From: Eledone cirrhosa
Taxonomy: Eukaryota
NCBI GenBank assembly: GCA_964016885.1
Contig: CAXHJY010001618.1
Coordinates: 1 to 64,000 of the forward strand
Direction of reading: 5' to 3'
Length of the DNA: 64,000 nt
In this document: positions 13,568 through 27,795 of the stretch, one piece after another
Position numbering within the stretch: the stretch's first letter is position 1
Layout of the letters: each line of letters begins with the position of its first letter
Notes under the pieces: model-generated
Told to the model about the DNA's origin: nothing
The model's database searches: none
What the model saw: only the letters and a program-made list of their open reading frames with translations
Made by a program: the position numbers and the translations under genes

Positions 13568-13570
<3 letters not shown>
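13310..13570 (-). mobile_element. Possible short non-autonomous Helitron-like element
   Basis: Minus-strand end tgtcatttttgaca (hairpin)...gcaCTAG|t. Confidence 0.3.
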
Positions 13571-13603
<33 letters not shown>

Positions 13604-14262
13604 AATGCAAGTTTACGATTCTGTGTGTCCGCCTAAAATTCGGAAACTACCGGACCAAACTCCTCAAAATTACATGTACATATTCACTATACACTCGGGC
13701 AGGTAACGGTCGAAAAAGTTTTACTTTGCAAAGCAAGGAATTCATTTAAATTCAATTTATCTTATTTTCTAATGACTATCAAAAGAGATCATCCATTTTG
13801 TTTTTTTATGTCCTCCAGTCTGTAGATAAGAGAGTGCGGGATGGAAGAGAGAAAGAGAGAGAGTAAGGGATGAGAGAGAAAGAGAGAAAGTGGCAGATGG
13901 GAGAGAGAGTAAGGCGATGAGAGAAAAAGAGATAGAGAGAGTGAGTGGATGGGAGAGAGAGAGAGTAAGGGGATGTGAGAGAGAAAGAAAGAGAGTAAGG
14001 GGATGAGAGAGAAAGACGATGAAAGAGAGAGAGCCAAAGTAATCAGCGTTCTTAACTTTTATTTATTTATTATTTTTACACACTTTTTAACTCTCCCGCT
14101 TCCTTAACATTATTTATCTTTTCTTTACTTTTTGTTCTCTATTCCGAAGAGAGAGGGGGGATGTGAGAGAGAAATAAAAGAGAGAGAGAGTAATGGGATG
14201 GGAGAGAGAGAGAGGGAGAGTAGCAAGCGTTCATTAACTTTTATTTATTTATTATTTTTACA

Positions 14263-14440
14263 CAGTATCGGTAGAGTCAGACACCATGCTTTGAAGCATA
14301 GAGTTACGTCCCTTTATGATATGAGTTCAAATCCCGCCGAGGTTAACTTTGCCTTTCATCCTTACGGGGTCGATAAAATAAAGTACCAGTAATGTACTGG
14401 GTGATTTGCTGGCCTTGTGCCAAAAATAGAAACAATTATT
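14263..14440 (+). mobile_element. tRNA-derived SINE (OR-like) with target-site duplication
   Basis: B-box gagttcaaatccc and conserved body; ttatttttacaca on both sides. Confidence 0.8.
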
Positions 14441-14893
14441 TTTACACACTTCTTAACTCTCTGTTATTTATCTTTTATTTATTATTTGTTTGCTATTGTG
14501 TAAGGATGAGAGAGAGAAAGAAAGAGAGGAGATGAGAAAAAGAAAGGGAGTGAGGCGGATGGGGAGAGAAAGACAATAAGAAAAGAGAAAAGATGGGAGA
14601 AAAAAAAGTAAAGAGGCAGGAGAGAGGGGGGGGGTGATTGGAGGGATTCTTTAACTAACGTGTGTTCGCGTTTACATATGTATTTACACACACATATGTG
14701 TGTGTGTTATGGGGGGGGGGGGGGCGTTCTTTAGCAGAAAATATATGTTACCGTCAAAGCTTATTTTCTACATATGTCTAAAGAAATCAGATGCTTTTAT
14801 AGAAGTTTATGTATGTATGTATTTAACAGACGAAAAAAAAACGGTTTTTTAAAAGATATTATTTGAATATATTATTTTCCGCTGTTATTTGAA

Positions 14894-15375
14894 TTTCCCG
14901 CCGAGGTTGACTTTGCCTTTCATCCTTACGGGGTCGATAAAATAAAGTACCAGTAATGCACTGGGTAATTGCTGGCCTTGTGCCTAAAGTAGAAATAGTT
15001 ATTTGAATTAACACAGAAAATATTTTTTTTGTAGTGTTTGTCGTTTTTTTTGTATACAATCTGAAATCCCAATATTTTCTACATATGTCTAAAATTAATT
15101 GCACCTAATATACATTCATATAAAAAGATCATTTAAAACAACTTTACTGAGTTGTTTCTATTTCAGAAAGAGTGAGGTGTGTAATAAATGTTTCTACTTT
15201 TGGCATAAGGCCAGCAATTATTCCAGTGCATTACTGGTACTTTATTTTATCGTGTGGTGTGTAATAATTGTTTCTACTTTAGGCACAAGGCCAGCAATAA
15301 CCCAGTGTATTACTGGTACTTTATTTTATCGACCCCATAAGAATGAAAGGTAAAGTCAACCTCGGCAGGATTTGT
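14894..15375. mobile_element. Three truncated copies of the same SINE (14894-15002 +; 15183-15252 -; 15262-15375 -)
   Basis: Shared body ctttgcctttcatccttacggggtcgataaaataaagtaccagt. Confidence 0.75.
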
Positions 15376-15400
15376 GTGGTGTGTAATAATATCACTTCAA

Positions 15401-18015
15401 ATGCCTAGAAAACGTTCCAGATCATTATATGGAAGGTCATCTTCAGAGGCTAAGAGAAAGAAAACACAGCAAGATGAAGAAAGTGAAGAAGTTCGGCATG
15501 CCCGTCTAGCTGCTAACAGAGCCCAAACAGCTTTAGCACGACCGCGCCGTTTGGATGAAAGGGAACAAAGGACTGCTGCTACACGAGAACAACAAATTAA
15601 GGAACAGCAACAAATCAGACGAAATGCTAATCAAGCACATCGTTCTACTGCCCGAGCAAGAGAACACGCCACAAGTAAAATGAACTGGCTGATGGGTGCT
15701 TTTTCTTATGACACCCAAAAGGACTACAGCAGTAATCCGCAAATCAACATTGCGAAAATGAACAAATGCTGCCAGTATTGTGGTGCCAAGAAGTGGGCAG
15801 CAGAAACACCAAGTCTATGCTGCTCAAAAGGCAAAGTGAGCCTTAAAACAGTACAAGAACCTCCTGAATTTCTGAAGGATCAGCTCCTTCAGCATACACC
15901 AGAAGCACGACACTTCAATAAATACATCATAAAATATAATTCTGCCTTTCAAATGACATCTTTTGGGGCTGATAGGAATGTGATTGACTTTAGATTCTGT
16001 ACAACTTATAAAATTCAGGGACAGTGTTACAACTTAATGGGTGGCCTTCTGCCACTTTCACAGGAACATCACAAATTTGTGCAGGTTTACTTCATGGGTG
16101 GAAATGAAACACAAGCACAACAAAGATGTACCAATGTCCATGGTGGATTGCAGTTCTACACAGTCATAAAGTTACAAAAAATGCTTCACCAACATCACAT
16201 GTACGTCAGTGTATTTAAATATGCACTGGAGTATATGAATAACACCAGAGATCGTAAAATCATCATTAGGGTAGACAAACGCCCAGATTCAGAACATGAC
16301 GCAGATTCAATGCACCTGTCACTAATGGTTGATGAACAGCATGAACGACGTGAAATTGCTTTGCAAAAACAAAGTGGACATTTGGAGCGAATTTGTGAAA
16401 CTCATAGAGCCTATGATTCACTACAATATCCGCTCATCTTTTGGAATGGTCAAGATGGATATCATTTTCAGCTACGGCAGATCAGCCCAGGAACGGGACA
16501 AGAAACTGGCCGATCAATCAGCTGCAAAGAATTCTATGCTTATCATTTCATGGTACGTGATCACTTCAACCAAGTTCTGCGATTCAAAGAAGTAACCAGC
16601 CAGTTCATGGTTGACATGTATGCCAAAATTGAAAAAGAAAGATTGGCTTTTCTGCGAAGGAATCAAACTAAGTTGAGGGCAGATAACTACATCCACCTTA
16701 GAGATGCCATCAATTCTGATGTTGACCCAAGAAATATTGGCCAGCCAGTCATACTACCATCAAGCTTCACGGGAGGACCACATACGTAAGAATCAATGGC
16801 CTATGTAAGACAATTTGGTCGGCCAGATCTCTTCATTACATCTACATGCAATTCAAACTGGTCAGAAATATCAAATGAATTATTTCAAAATCAAAAACCA
16901 AAAGATCGACATGACCTCATTGCTCGGGATTTCCATAAAAAGCAAAAACAAAATTCATCTGGCTCCTAAAAGAAGGAAGAATCTTTGGTGAACTTAGTGC
17001 TTGAACTTAGTGAAATGACCACTATTGACTGGCAGAAGAGAGGTCTTCCTCACTCTCACACACTAATCTGGTGCAAGGAGAAGATAAGACCAGATGCATG
17101 ATGTTGATAAGATCATTTCAGCAGAGTTGCCTGATAAAGGTGGTGATCCAGAGCTCTTTGAAACCATCAAGTGCAAACTCATTCATGGTCCATGTGGAGT
17201 CATCAATCCAGCCTCTCCCTGCATGGAAGATAAAAAATGCAGCAAACATTATCCTAGAGCTTTTATTCGGGAAACTCGGACTGACAATAATGGATACCCC
17301 CTTTATCGTAGGCGATACTGCAAGCCTAACAGTTCGAGGAGAGGAGCTGACCATAAACAATCAGTGGGTCGTCCAACACAACAAATTGTTGTGTAAACTT
17401 TTAAAAGCTCATATCAATATTGAGTATTGCAGCTCCGTCTAGGCAATCCTATATGTCACAAAATATATCAACACGGGCAGAGACATGGCTACCTTTATTA
17501 CTGACAAAGAAGCTATCTGGTGAATCTTTGGATTTGATATCCATCAACGCCACCCACCAGTGGTCATCCTCGCAGTCCATCTGGAAAATGGACAGAGAGT
17601 GTACTTCACTGAGATCACTGCTCATCAGTTGGCACAAGCATCATATGACACTACACTAACGGCTTTCTTTAAACTCTGCCAGAATAATGAATTTGTTCGA
17701 TCCCTCCTATATGCTGAAGTCCCAACATACTACACCTGGACTAATTGCAAGACCTGGAATCGAAGAAAGCAGTGTCATTTAGTGGAAGGTCCTGAAGTCA
17801 AGTCAAGTGATGCTATTGGGCGTGTTTACAATGTCCATCCCAACAACAGAGAATGTTTTTATTTACGGCTACTTCTGCATACTGTTCGAGGACCAACGTC
17901 ATTTGACGATCTTAGGTGCTTCAGAGTAAGGGAGTGCGCAACATACCAAGAAGCTTGTAAACAACATGGACTTCTGCATGACAATGGACACTGGAAGAAG
18001 TGCCTAAAAGAATGG
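15401..18015 (+). pseudogene. Helitron Rep/helicase N-terminal and Rep domain, frameshifted
   Basis: CQYCGAKKW...CCSKGKV, YNSAFQMTSFG, HRAYDSLQYPL, ILPSSFTGGP. Rep motifs FITSTCN (~16832), IDWQKRGLPHSH (HUH, ~17024) and YVTKYI (~17450). Also ECFYLRLLLHTVRGPTSFDDL. Confidence 0.95.
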
Positions 18016-18017
18016 CA

Positions 18018-18706
18018 TATATTATGAATTTTTTCTTCGGCCCAGATATTTTCCCAGAATTCTTGTACTTCCTCCTTGGGTGGTATTGATTTAGCAGTTA
18101 TTGTTGACTTGCCAATTTTTCTGTAGAAGTTTCTTTGGTTGTTTTTGAACATATTATTGTTCTTATAGAATCTAGATCGTTTTTCAAAGCGCCTTCTACG
18201 AGCAGCTTTGGCCGACACTTTTTGCTTGATTATTTCTATCAGCATGTCTATGTCACTTGTTGATTTTATACTGTACTTTCTTTTCAATTTTCTAAGTTTA
18301 GTTTGTTTAACATGTTCACCTACTTTATAGTTTGTTAAAATTTCTATGTCAGATCGGAGAAGGTTTATTTGGCGGTTGATGTTCTCTTGCCAAGTAGATT
18401 TTTTGTGGGAATTCCTTTGTTTTTTCATCTTCACTCCACATAAGTGAGTGGTGACTTTAGCCGATGCATAATAGAGATGATTTAAATCAGTAATGTTTAG
18501 TTTGTTTGTGATGATAATGTTTTTGAGAATTATGTTAGTCTTGTGTATTATCTTTAGGTTCTGTTTGGAGTTTTGGATCTTAGGGAGGGTGTCTCGTTCC
18601 CCAATGTCAGATTCTTTCATTTTCATCCATTCGATCATAATTTCATCCTTCAAGTTGGCAAGTTCATTCTCATCATAATTTCATCTTTCAAGTTGGCAAG
18701 TTCATT

Positions 18707-18710
<4 letters not shown>
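18018..18710 (-). mobile_element. R4/Dong-clade non-LTR fragment (region N-terminal to RT)
   Basis: IKQKVSAKAARRRRFEKRSRFYKNNNMFKNNQRNFYR...PPKEEVQEFWENIW; its 5' end abuts (TAA)n. Confidence 0.75.
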
Positions 18711-18742
<32 letters not shown>

Positions 18743-19868
18743 TGCATTTATCTTGCTTTATGTTCATACGAGTTATCACCAAGTCACAACCAGTGACCTC
18801 AAGAGACAACAAGGTCCGCCATGTTCAAGAAAGAACATACATATTCACACATGCATGCTTAGTGTTTAGACTTGTGATGTACTTATATTGACAGGATCTT
18901 CCTTAGTATATGGGCAGTTCCCATTAGTACTATCTTTTGTATTTCTCCTATACGCGGGTTTCCTGGGATTTGCGATAAGTAGTCGTTAGACCCCTTAGGT
19001 ATCATTCCCAGAGCGCCTACAACCACTGGTATTGTTTTAGTTCTCAATTTCCACATTTTTCCAATTTCTATCTCCAGGTCCTTATACTTGCTCAATTTTT
19101 CAAATGTTTTTATAGATACATTCTTGTCTATTGGAACAGACATATCAATTAGCAGGCATACCCTCCTTTGAAAGTCCTTCAATATTATATCAGGTCTATT
19201 TGCATCTATTTTTCGGTCTGTTTGGATGCTAAAGTTCCACAAGATTGAGATGTGATCTTTTTCAAGTATGGGAGGTGGTTGATGCTCCCACCAATTCTTT
19301 TGATGGGGCAGGTCAAAATGCTTACACATTATCCAATGTATGTATTGTGCAGCTCTGTCATGCCTGTTTAGGTATTCGGTTGGAGCTATAGGACTGCACA
19401 TTGAAATTATATGGTCTCTGGTTGTTTTTTGCATACACGGCATAATGGGCTGCACCCATTTTTTATTATGTTGGCTTGGTAATTTTTTGTTGGCAGACAC
19501 TGATCTTGTGCCGATATAATCAGTCCTTCAGTCTCCGATTTCAGTCCAGAGGATGCCAACCACTGATGGGTTAAAGTTTTGTCAACATCAGGATTGTTAG
19601 CTCGCTGTGGGTATTTTCCATACAGAGGCTTTTCTTGCCATTTCTTAGCCAGTTTCTGTAGCAGTTCTTTCTTTGCAGTTACTTTTACCTGCTTTGCTTT
19701 TTCTGTGTTTTCCATTTCAGCAGTAAATGGGACTTCTGAAATTTGTAGTCCATTACTGTATCTTTGTGCATCTTTTGTAATGGAATATGATCTTTTGGTG
19801 CTTTCGTGTTTCAAAACGAGTTTGATCATCCAATCATGTGATTTCAAAACGAGTTTGATCATCCAATC
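18743..19868 (-). mobile_element. 5'-truncated R4/Dong-clade non-LTR retrotransposon inserted in (TAA)n
   Basis: LKSETEGLIISAQDQ, CRVC...ET.DHIISMC zinc knuckle, RHD, and restriction-like endonuclease NRPDI..IDMSVP..EKLSKYKDL. (TAA)n lies on both sides, the known Dong target. Confidence 0.9.
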
Positions 19869-19883
19869 TATTATTATTATTAA

Positions 19884-19940
<57 letters not shown>

Positions 19941-20109
19941 TAGCAGAAGAACCGCCCTGGGGTGGTTTTCTGCTAGCATATGTAGTGTGCATATTGGCAT
20001 TATACGTATATATATATATATATATATATACATATGCATATAGATATGATATGTAAATTGAAAAGTAAATTGACGATATATTCTTCTTCGCCCACATATT
20101 TCTGAGAGG

Positions 20110-20730
20110 GCCGTGGGGGAAGAATAGTTCTCACACACTTCTTTCGGCGAGTCTGTCAGCAGCAAACATCTCTAATTGATCCAGCTGAATCCCAAACTGT
20201 GACCAGCCAAGCTCACGGATGTTATTCAACTATCTTGCTTAGGGTTTATCGCTGGGTCTTTTGCCAGTTGGCTTTGCCTGTAAAATCTGTTCAGCGATTC
20301 TTTCCTGAGACATTCTAACCACATGCCCATAGTATCAGAGCTGTGATCTCTCAATTCGGAGAAGTAGCAACTCTTACAGGAGTGACTCTTTGATCTTCGA
20401 GCTATGCACTCTATCGAGTAACTTTACTCCAAAGACCATTCGGAGGACTCCATTTCGGCCGGTTGTATTTGAAATCGTATTCTTTCGGTCATTACCCAAG
20501 ATGCATGACCCTCGGTAAGGGTTGGCAGGAATACCAGGAAGATAGTGACTTTGGCTTTTACACCTACCTCTCTCCTGATTACTGAAGCTGGTGCATTACT
20601 ACACCAGCTTTTGCAATTCTTGCACTTAATTCAGCCTCCTGCCTTTCATCACTCAGGAACACGGCCCTGAGGTACCTGAACTTCTCTATTTGCTCCAGTG
20701 GACCTCCATTCACATGTATATACATTTGTG
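20110..20730 (-). mobile_element. RTE-clade LINE 3' remnant
   Basis: LEQIEKFRYL..VF.SD.RQEAELSARIAKA; related to 51425-52790. Confidence 0.75.
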
Positions 20731-20882
20731 CGACTTCTTTCCATCCGTCCGTCACAAAATGTGTGTGTGTTTGTGTGAATGTATGTGTGTAAAATGAAGG
20801 AAGGGGATACACATATATACACATATATATGTCTCTAACTTAAAAACGGTGACACAAACACGCGCGCGCGCGCGCACACACG

Positions 20883-21053
<171 letters not shown>

Positions 21054-21054
21054 C

Positions 21055-21722
21055 ACACGTCTCTAATTCAAGAACGCCGATACTCTCATGCACGCGCCAC
21101 ATTGTCCTATTATCACTTATGATCTTTGGCCCGGCAAACATCCCCTGAATTTTAGAACGGTCTGGGTTGTCCAGAATTGATGGACTTGACGGTCTTACGC
21201 TGTGCCCCTGGTCAAGAAGCAGGTGTCTTATCTGCGACCTCACAGTTAGTGACTCTTTTTCTTCTTCCTACATCCTGGATGCAGCGGTAAGGGCGAGAGC
21301 TACAGCATCTGCAGCTGAACGGAACAAATTCTAAAATACCGTGTTCTGTCAACTAACTACATTTTCCAGCCTGTGGCGTTCGAGACGTTTGGGGGAGTTG
21401 GGCTACTGACAGCGAGGTTCTTCTCTTCACTGGGGGCTCGCGAAACAGAGGTAACTGGTGATGCTCGGGAGGGCATTTGGGTTGTTCCAGCATGTCAATC
21501 TTGCCTTCACTCGAGGTAACGCTGCGAGCGTTCTGGCTTGCCTCAAAAATTATTAAAGAGGTTTCTCAGTGTTCCTCGTTATATCGTTATCTTTTGCTCT
21601 GGTAGCAGCTCGTTTGTCCATCCCTTTCGCCTGGTTTTTGTTGTGTGTGGTCCTAGATGGTTGTATTACCTACTTATGTATTTTTTCTCTTTCTTTTTTT
21701 TTCCTTTCCCTTTCCTTTGTGT
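21055..21722 (+). mobile_element. CRE-clade non-LTR retrotransposon C-terminal (restriction-like endonuclease) remnant plus 3' UTR
   Basis: DGLTLCPWSRSRCLICDLTVSDSF.SSY...ATASAAE; KYRVLSTNYIFQPVAFETFGG; TGDARE; RGNAASVL. Confidence 0.8.
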
Positions 21723-21723
21723 A

Positions 21724-24700
21724 TAAGCAGTGGTCACCTGAAGGCTTACTGTCCTCAGTTAACTACAAAAAAAGAGGCACTACTGCCAACACCCGAAACA
21801 ACAACACAACCACCACCACCACCACAACAACAACAACAACACGCAAACATAACCAAAACAAGAACAACAAACCAACCTGCAAGCACAGTCCCACCCAACC
21901 CCATCCACGTAAAATCACTGCAAAAACACCCACAAACACAACAGCACCCCAAAACATACTCCTTCCAAATAACACAGACACCACAACGGACGAAGCCCCC
22001 ACATCATCACCAAGTAACGATGAGGAAGAGCCTCTCCGTTCGAAAAGAAAGAAAAGACACCACAAGAACAAAAAAAAAAAAACATCACTACAAACATACA
22101 ACCACCAACACAAACAACACAAACATTACAAACAAAAAGCCCCGTCTCGAAAACAAAACCACGACATCACTCCAAACACAAACACCTACAACAAAACGAA
22201 AGCTCCCACAAGAACCACCGCAACACAACAAGAACATTACACATACATAAACAGTAAAAACAAAAATTTAATTGAGGTCATCTCCAACGACCCTTCGGTT
22301 TTCACCGAAGGGAAAACTTTTTCGAACTGTGTAGACAAACCTAATTTAAAGATGATTAGGGTACATACGGACACCTATAAGTCTTTAAAGGAAAACTTTC
22401 CTAAGGACGTGGGTAATCCTTGTGTTAAACCCATTAACCGCGTCTTTTTAAAAAGTTTCCCCACCCTCACTCCAGACACCCCCAGCCAAGACACCTCACC
22501 CCATCAGGCACCCCCTTCCCACCAAACATCTCCGTCCCCACCCCGCCGGAAACCACCAGCCACCCAGACAACCCCTCTAACACCCCCATGGAAATCGTAC
22601 GGCCTGATGCCTGGGAGACGAAGGGTGAGTATTTTCTTCTCATCATCTTTTAACTTTTCAGAACCAACATGGCCAATATAAGAGTTGAATGTGTGAATGT
22701 ACGCGACCTGTGTATGCCCTGGAAACAGGGCAAACACTTAAACGACCTCAGGTCGCACAATATGGATGTAGTAGCCATTTGCGAATCCAAGATCCACAGC
22801 GAGCGACAGCTGGCGCCCATCTTCGATGACTTTGAGATCTACGCATCTCTCTGTCAGCCGGGGGGTGGGGGCCGGGTTGCCGTTTTGCTGCGGAAACACC
22901 TGGGCCTCACAACACAGACGGTACATCTGGACCCGGAAGGTCGACTAGTGGTCCCAGACGTTGACGGTAGTGAAGGTGGAGCCTTCAGGTTGGTGGCCGC
23001 ATATGCCCCATCCGCGACACCGCGGCCAGAATTCTTCAAAAGTCTAGAGACTTTTCTGGGAACGTCCCGCTCTTTGCTTTTAGTGGGGGACTGGAATGGA
23101 ATCCTAGATGCATGTTGGGACTATGTGAGAGCATGTCCCGATAAAGGGGGGTGTAACAGCCTCAAACAGTTAATCGGCCGATTTGACCTGGCCGATAGAT
23201 ATCGACTAGATTTTCCGACTGTGCCACTGTGGACGTGGACTAATCGTAGCGGAACATCTAGATCGTACCTAGATAGGGTTCTAGTTAGAAATAAGGATAG
23301 GGACATGTTAAGCTGTCCACAAATGTTCATGGTTGCCTTGGTCAACCTTGATAGAACCCATAGACAAGGACCCGGCTACTGAAAGCTGAACTTGTCGTTA
23401 CCGACATGCAAAGCCTACATTAGACGGATTAGCACTTTAGTTAAACAGCGCTTGACAGGGGCCATAGTCAACAACAGATGGTGGTACTCTCTCAAGAGGG
23501 CAGTTAGATTAGACTCGTTAGTTTTTAGTAAAGAATTAGCGTTAGATAGAAATAGGACTACGAAGGAATTGGTAGATAAAGTAGAAGAGGCAATTAGAAG
23601 TGGCAACATAGCCAGCGTGCTAGCAACGAGAACGGCCTTGGACCAGTTCTTCGACGCAAAGCACGAGGGCTGCGTTGTCAGAAGCAAAATACGTGCTCTG
23701 GGAAACGAGGGAGCCAAAGCTGTTAGCTGGGCCCGAGTGACGGAGGCAAAAATTGGCAACAAGTCCACGATTCGGTCTTTGAAGGACCAAGACGGACGCG
23801 TGATACGTGAGCCGAAGCAGATGTGTGCGGCCTTTCAGCGGCACTTTGCTCAACTGTTCGGGCAGGATTTCGGTCCATACCTCGACGACCTACCGCGACT
23901 CTCGGATAGCGAGGCGAAGTTCTGCGAAAAGCCGATTTCAGCCGCTGAGATAGGGAACGCGCTGAGCCAATGCGGCAAATGCAAATCTCCAGGTCTCGAC
24001 GGTCTACCCTACGAATTTTACGTAGCAATTCCAGACTTATTCTCCGGTCTTCTGGAAGCGGTCTCCTGCAACTGGCAGCAGAACGGGAGAATTCCCAGTT
24101 CTGTGACCGGCGGCTTAGTCACACTAATCAAGAAGGACGGGAATAAGGGGGATGACATAGGCAACTTCCGGTCCATAACTCTGCTAAACACAGAGTTACA
24201 GATTTTGGCCAAGGTGTTGGCAAAGAGGCTGGCGCTTGTCGTCGAGAACCTGGGGGGGGGGGAGAAGCGCAGACATGCGCAATCGCGACCAGGTCCATAC
24301 ACGACAACAGCAACATCTGCTCAAGGGTCAAGGTGAACGCTACCTCTCGGAGCCGTTCCGTATCACGCGATCCATTCGACAGGGATGCCCTTCCTTCTGT
24401 CCGTACTGACTCTCAAGCCACTACTGCAGAAGTTGGAGCTATTGCAGGACATCCCTCTGGAACCGGGCTGCGGAAAGCGGCGTCGGTCTACGCCGACGAC
24501 GTTACAGTAATGGTTTCGGGCGCCTCGCAAATCGAGGAAGTCGGCACCTTACTGAAGGAATACGAAAGGTTCAGAGGAGCGAAGCTGAACCGGGACAAGT
24601 CCATCGGTTTGCAACTCGGATCGTGGAGAGGCAAACCGATGCCTTCCGATGGCGTTGTCGGACGCTGGACGGAAGGACCGGTAAAGCTGCTCGGGGTCTG

Positions 24701-26100
24701 GTTTGGTCTGGACCTCCAGGTGGAGAAGAACTGGAACGCGGTGACGGCCAAGGTGTTTGTACTCACCCAGAAGTTGGCGGAGTGCAAACTATCCTTGAAA
24801 GGTCGAGCGGAGGTGCCGAACACTTTTATAGCGTCCGCCATCTACTACCGCTTGACCGTCGTGCCTTGTCCAGCCAAAACGCTCGTCAAAATGGAGCGCG
24901 CGCTTTTCCAATTCATTTCGCGAAGGTAGGCTCCTTTGGAGAGAAGATCCATCTGCTTACATCCTTCCAACGGAGGGATGGTGTTGCCGTGACTGACGAT
25001 GCACAAATACGCGCTCAGGCTGCGGCATCTCTACGTATTCCTCACCCGACAACCGGTGTGGGCCCCGTTCGTCAGGTGAGCCTTCCCACGACTCGTCTCG
25101 CTGACCGAGCTGCAGTCCTGGGTCAAGCAAAGACCGAGGAAAATGGGCGACTGGCACATCGAATGTGCTCAGGCGCTCACAGCCCACTGGCAGGCGGGCC
25201 CGGTGATCAGTGGAGACTCCACTTCGTCATTCTATAGAGGGTTGATCCGCAGCAAGTGCGACGACGCGCTCGGTGAAACTCTAGGCGTAGAGGAAGACGA
25301 ACTGGCCAGTCTGTTCGGTAGGACCTTCCGTCCAGGTCCGATGGACAACTTCCAAAATCCATGCCTGGCAGTGCTACCGAGTAGCTCTACCAGTTCGGTA
25401 CAAGCTCTACAGACATGGACGCCTGGGCAGGGACCCTTCAAAAAAGATATGTCCGAGGTGCGTGCGAGACGAAGAAACCGTCGCGCATGCATTCATACAC
25501 TGCCCGGGCATTACTGACCTGTGGGGCTATGTAGAACGACTATTGTCGCGGGTGGGACCAATCCGGTTGACCACCGAGGCCATTGTCATGATCAAACCGC
25601 CACTCTCCTTCAAAAACGAAGGGGAGGCGGTTTTCCTTTGTGTGATAGCTAAGGCGAAAGAGGTTGTATGGTGGACAAGTTTGAAAGGGCTGAGGTCAGA
25701 CACCTTTCTCTCGGGCCAACAACTGATTCTTTTTTTCAAATAACACTTTAGAAGAAGAATCAGGATGGAGAGAGAGGTGCTGTACCACAGCAAGTTTTAT
25801 GAAAGGTGGGTGAGAGTGGCGAGAATGGCCCGAGTGAATGGGCCTTCTCTCTATATCAGCTTGTAGGTTGAGGAAAAAGAGGAGGAGAGGAAAGGGGTAC
25901 AATTCTTTGTACTCCTGGAGATGAGGGTTGCACATTTGTTCGGGGTATGTGTTACCCATATGTAATGTCTCCCCTATTGGGGAAAATCGATTAACTTTTA
26001 AATTGTATTTGTGATAGTATTTACACGTTTTTATTGTATGTAAACTTCCCCCTTTGTATTTGTCCCCTTCTTTTGTGCCCCTGTGGCTAATAAATAAACA
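21724..26100 (+). mobile_element. L1/Tx1-type LINE copy 1, 5'-truncated within the ORF1 zinc knuckle, degenerate
   Basis: Starts at GHLKAYCPQL. ORF2 remnants 22669-25866 include APE (GDWN, SYLDR), RT (KSPGLDG, YADD) and a C-terminal zinc finger. aataaa at the 3' end. Confidence 0.95.
22669..25866 (+). pseudogene. LINE ORF2 (APE endonuclease, RT, zinc finger), disrupted
   Basis: Fragment ORFs at 22669, 23392, 24333, 25143 and 25462; internal RT deletion near 24310 relative to copy 2. Confidence 0.9.
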
Positions 26101-26423
26101 TATATTTGTTTGTGTTTTCGTTCTGTTAGCTTTATATTATTATATTTTTCATACAACTGTGAGTTAAACCTGTAGCAACAAATGAGTTTAAAAAAAAGAG
26201 TTGCACAATGTTGTTAAAAATAAGTAAATTAAAAGTTATACTTCATCTTACCTTCCCATTTCCCCATTTATCGAACGCTGTCATTCTGTGTGCGCATGTG
26301 TGTGTTTGTGTGAATGTTTATCTGTGAGTGTATATTTTCGTAAGTGTGTCTTTATTTGCGTGATTTGTTATATACTCATACGTATAAATGTATCTATATG
26401 CACATTTACACACACACATACAC

Positions 26424-27105
<682 letters not shown>

Positions 27106-27110
27106 TATAT

Positions 27111-27142
<32 letters not shown>

Positions 27143-27200
27143 ATATTATATATATATATATATATTATATATATATATATATATTATATATATATATATG

Positions 27201-27637
27201 TAATATTAAATTCAAATATTAATAAAATAGATGTTCTTGTGATCAATTAAATTATATTATACATATTTCAGAGGTACGTGAATCAGGTTCAACAGTACGT
27301 CCTCATCAGATAAAATAAAATGATACATGACATACCCTGAGATGTTAGATGGTTAAGATTTAATCACTACCTTGATTAAATCTTAGCCATCTAACAACTC
27401 AGGGTATGTCATGTATCATTTTATTTTATCTGATGAGGACGTACTGTTGAACCTGATTCACGTACCTCTGAAATATGTATAATAAAATTTAATTGATCAC
27501 AAGAACATCTATTTTATTAATATTTGAATTTAATATTATATTAATAACTCTGGAACATATTTTTCTCTCGAGTGCTTCCAATCTACTGTAAAACCCATTC
27601 TTTGATGTACTCATTGAATCTTGTTTAACTCTTTAAT
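27201..27637. mobile_element. PLE-type fragment forming a ~165-bp near-perfect hairpin with a 6-nt loop; HHR-like motif in each arm
   Basis: Arms 27201-27366 and 27373-27538, loop ctacct. CTGATGA 27430...GAAA-tat-GTA 27470-27479; stem I register is imperfect. Confidence 0.75.
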
Positions 27638-27650
27638 ATATATATATATA

Positions 27651-27795
<145 letters not shown>

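Larger units (their letters stand above)
13595..18015 (+). mobile_element. Helitron, 3'-truncated before the PIF1 helicase
   Basis: Helitron-like 5' end (tatataaatgcaag...tgtgtgtccg...actaccggaccaaa), GA-rich leader containing SINE insertions, then the Rep ORF. Confidence 0.8.
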
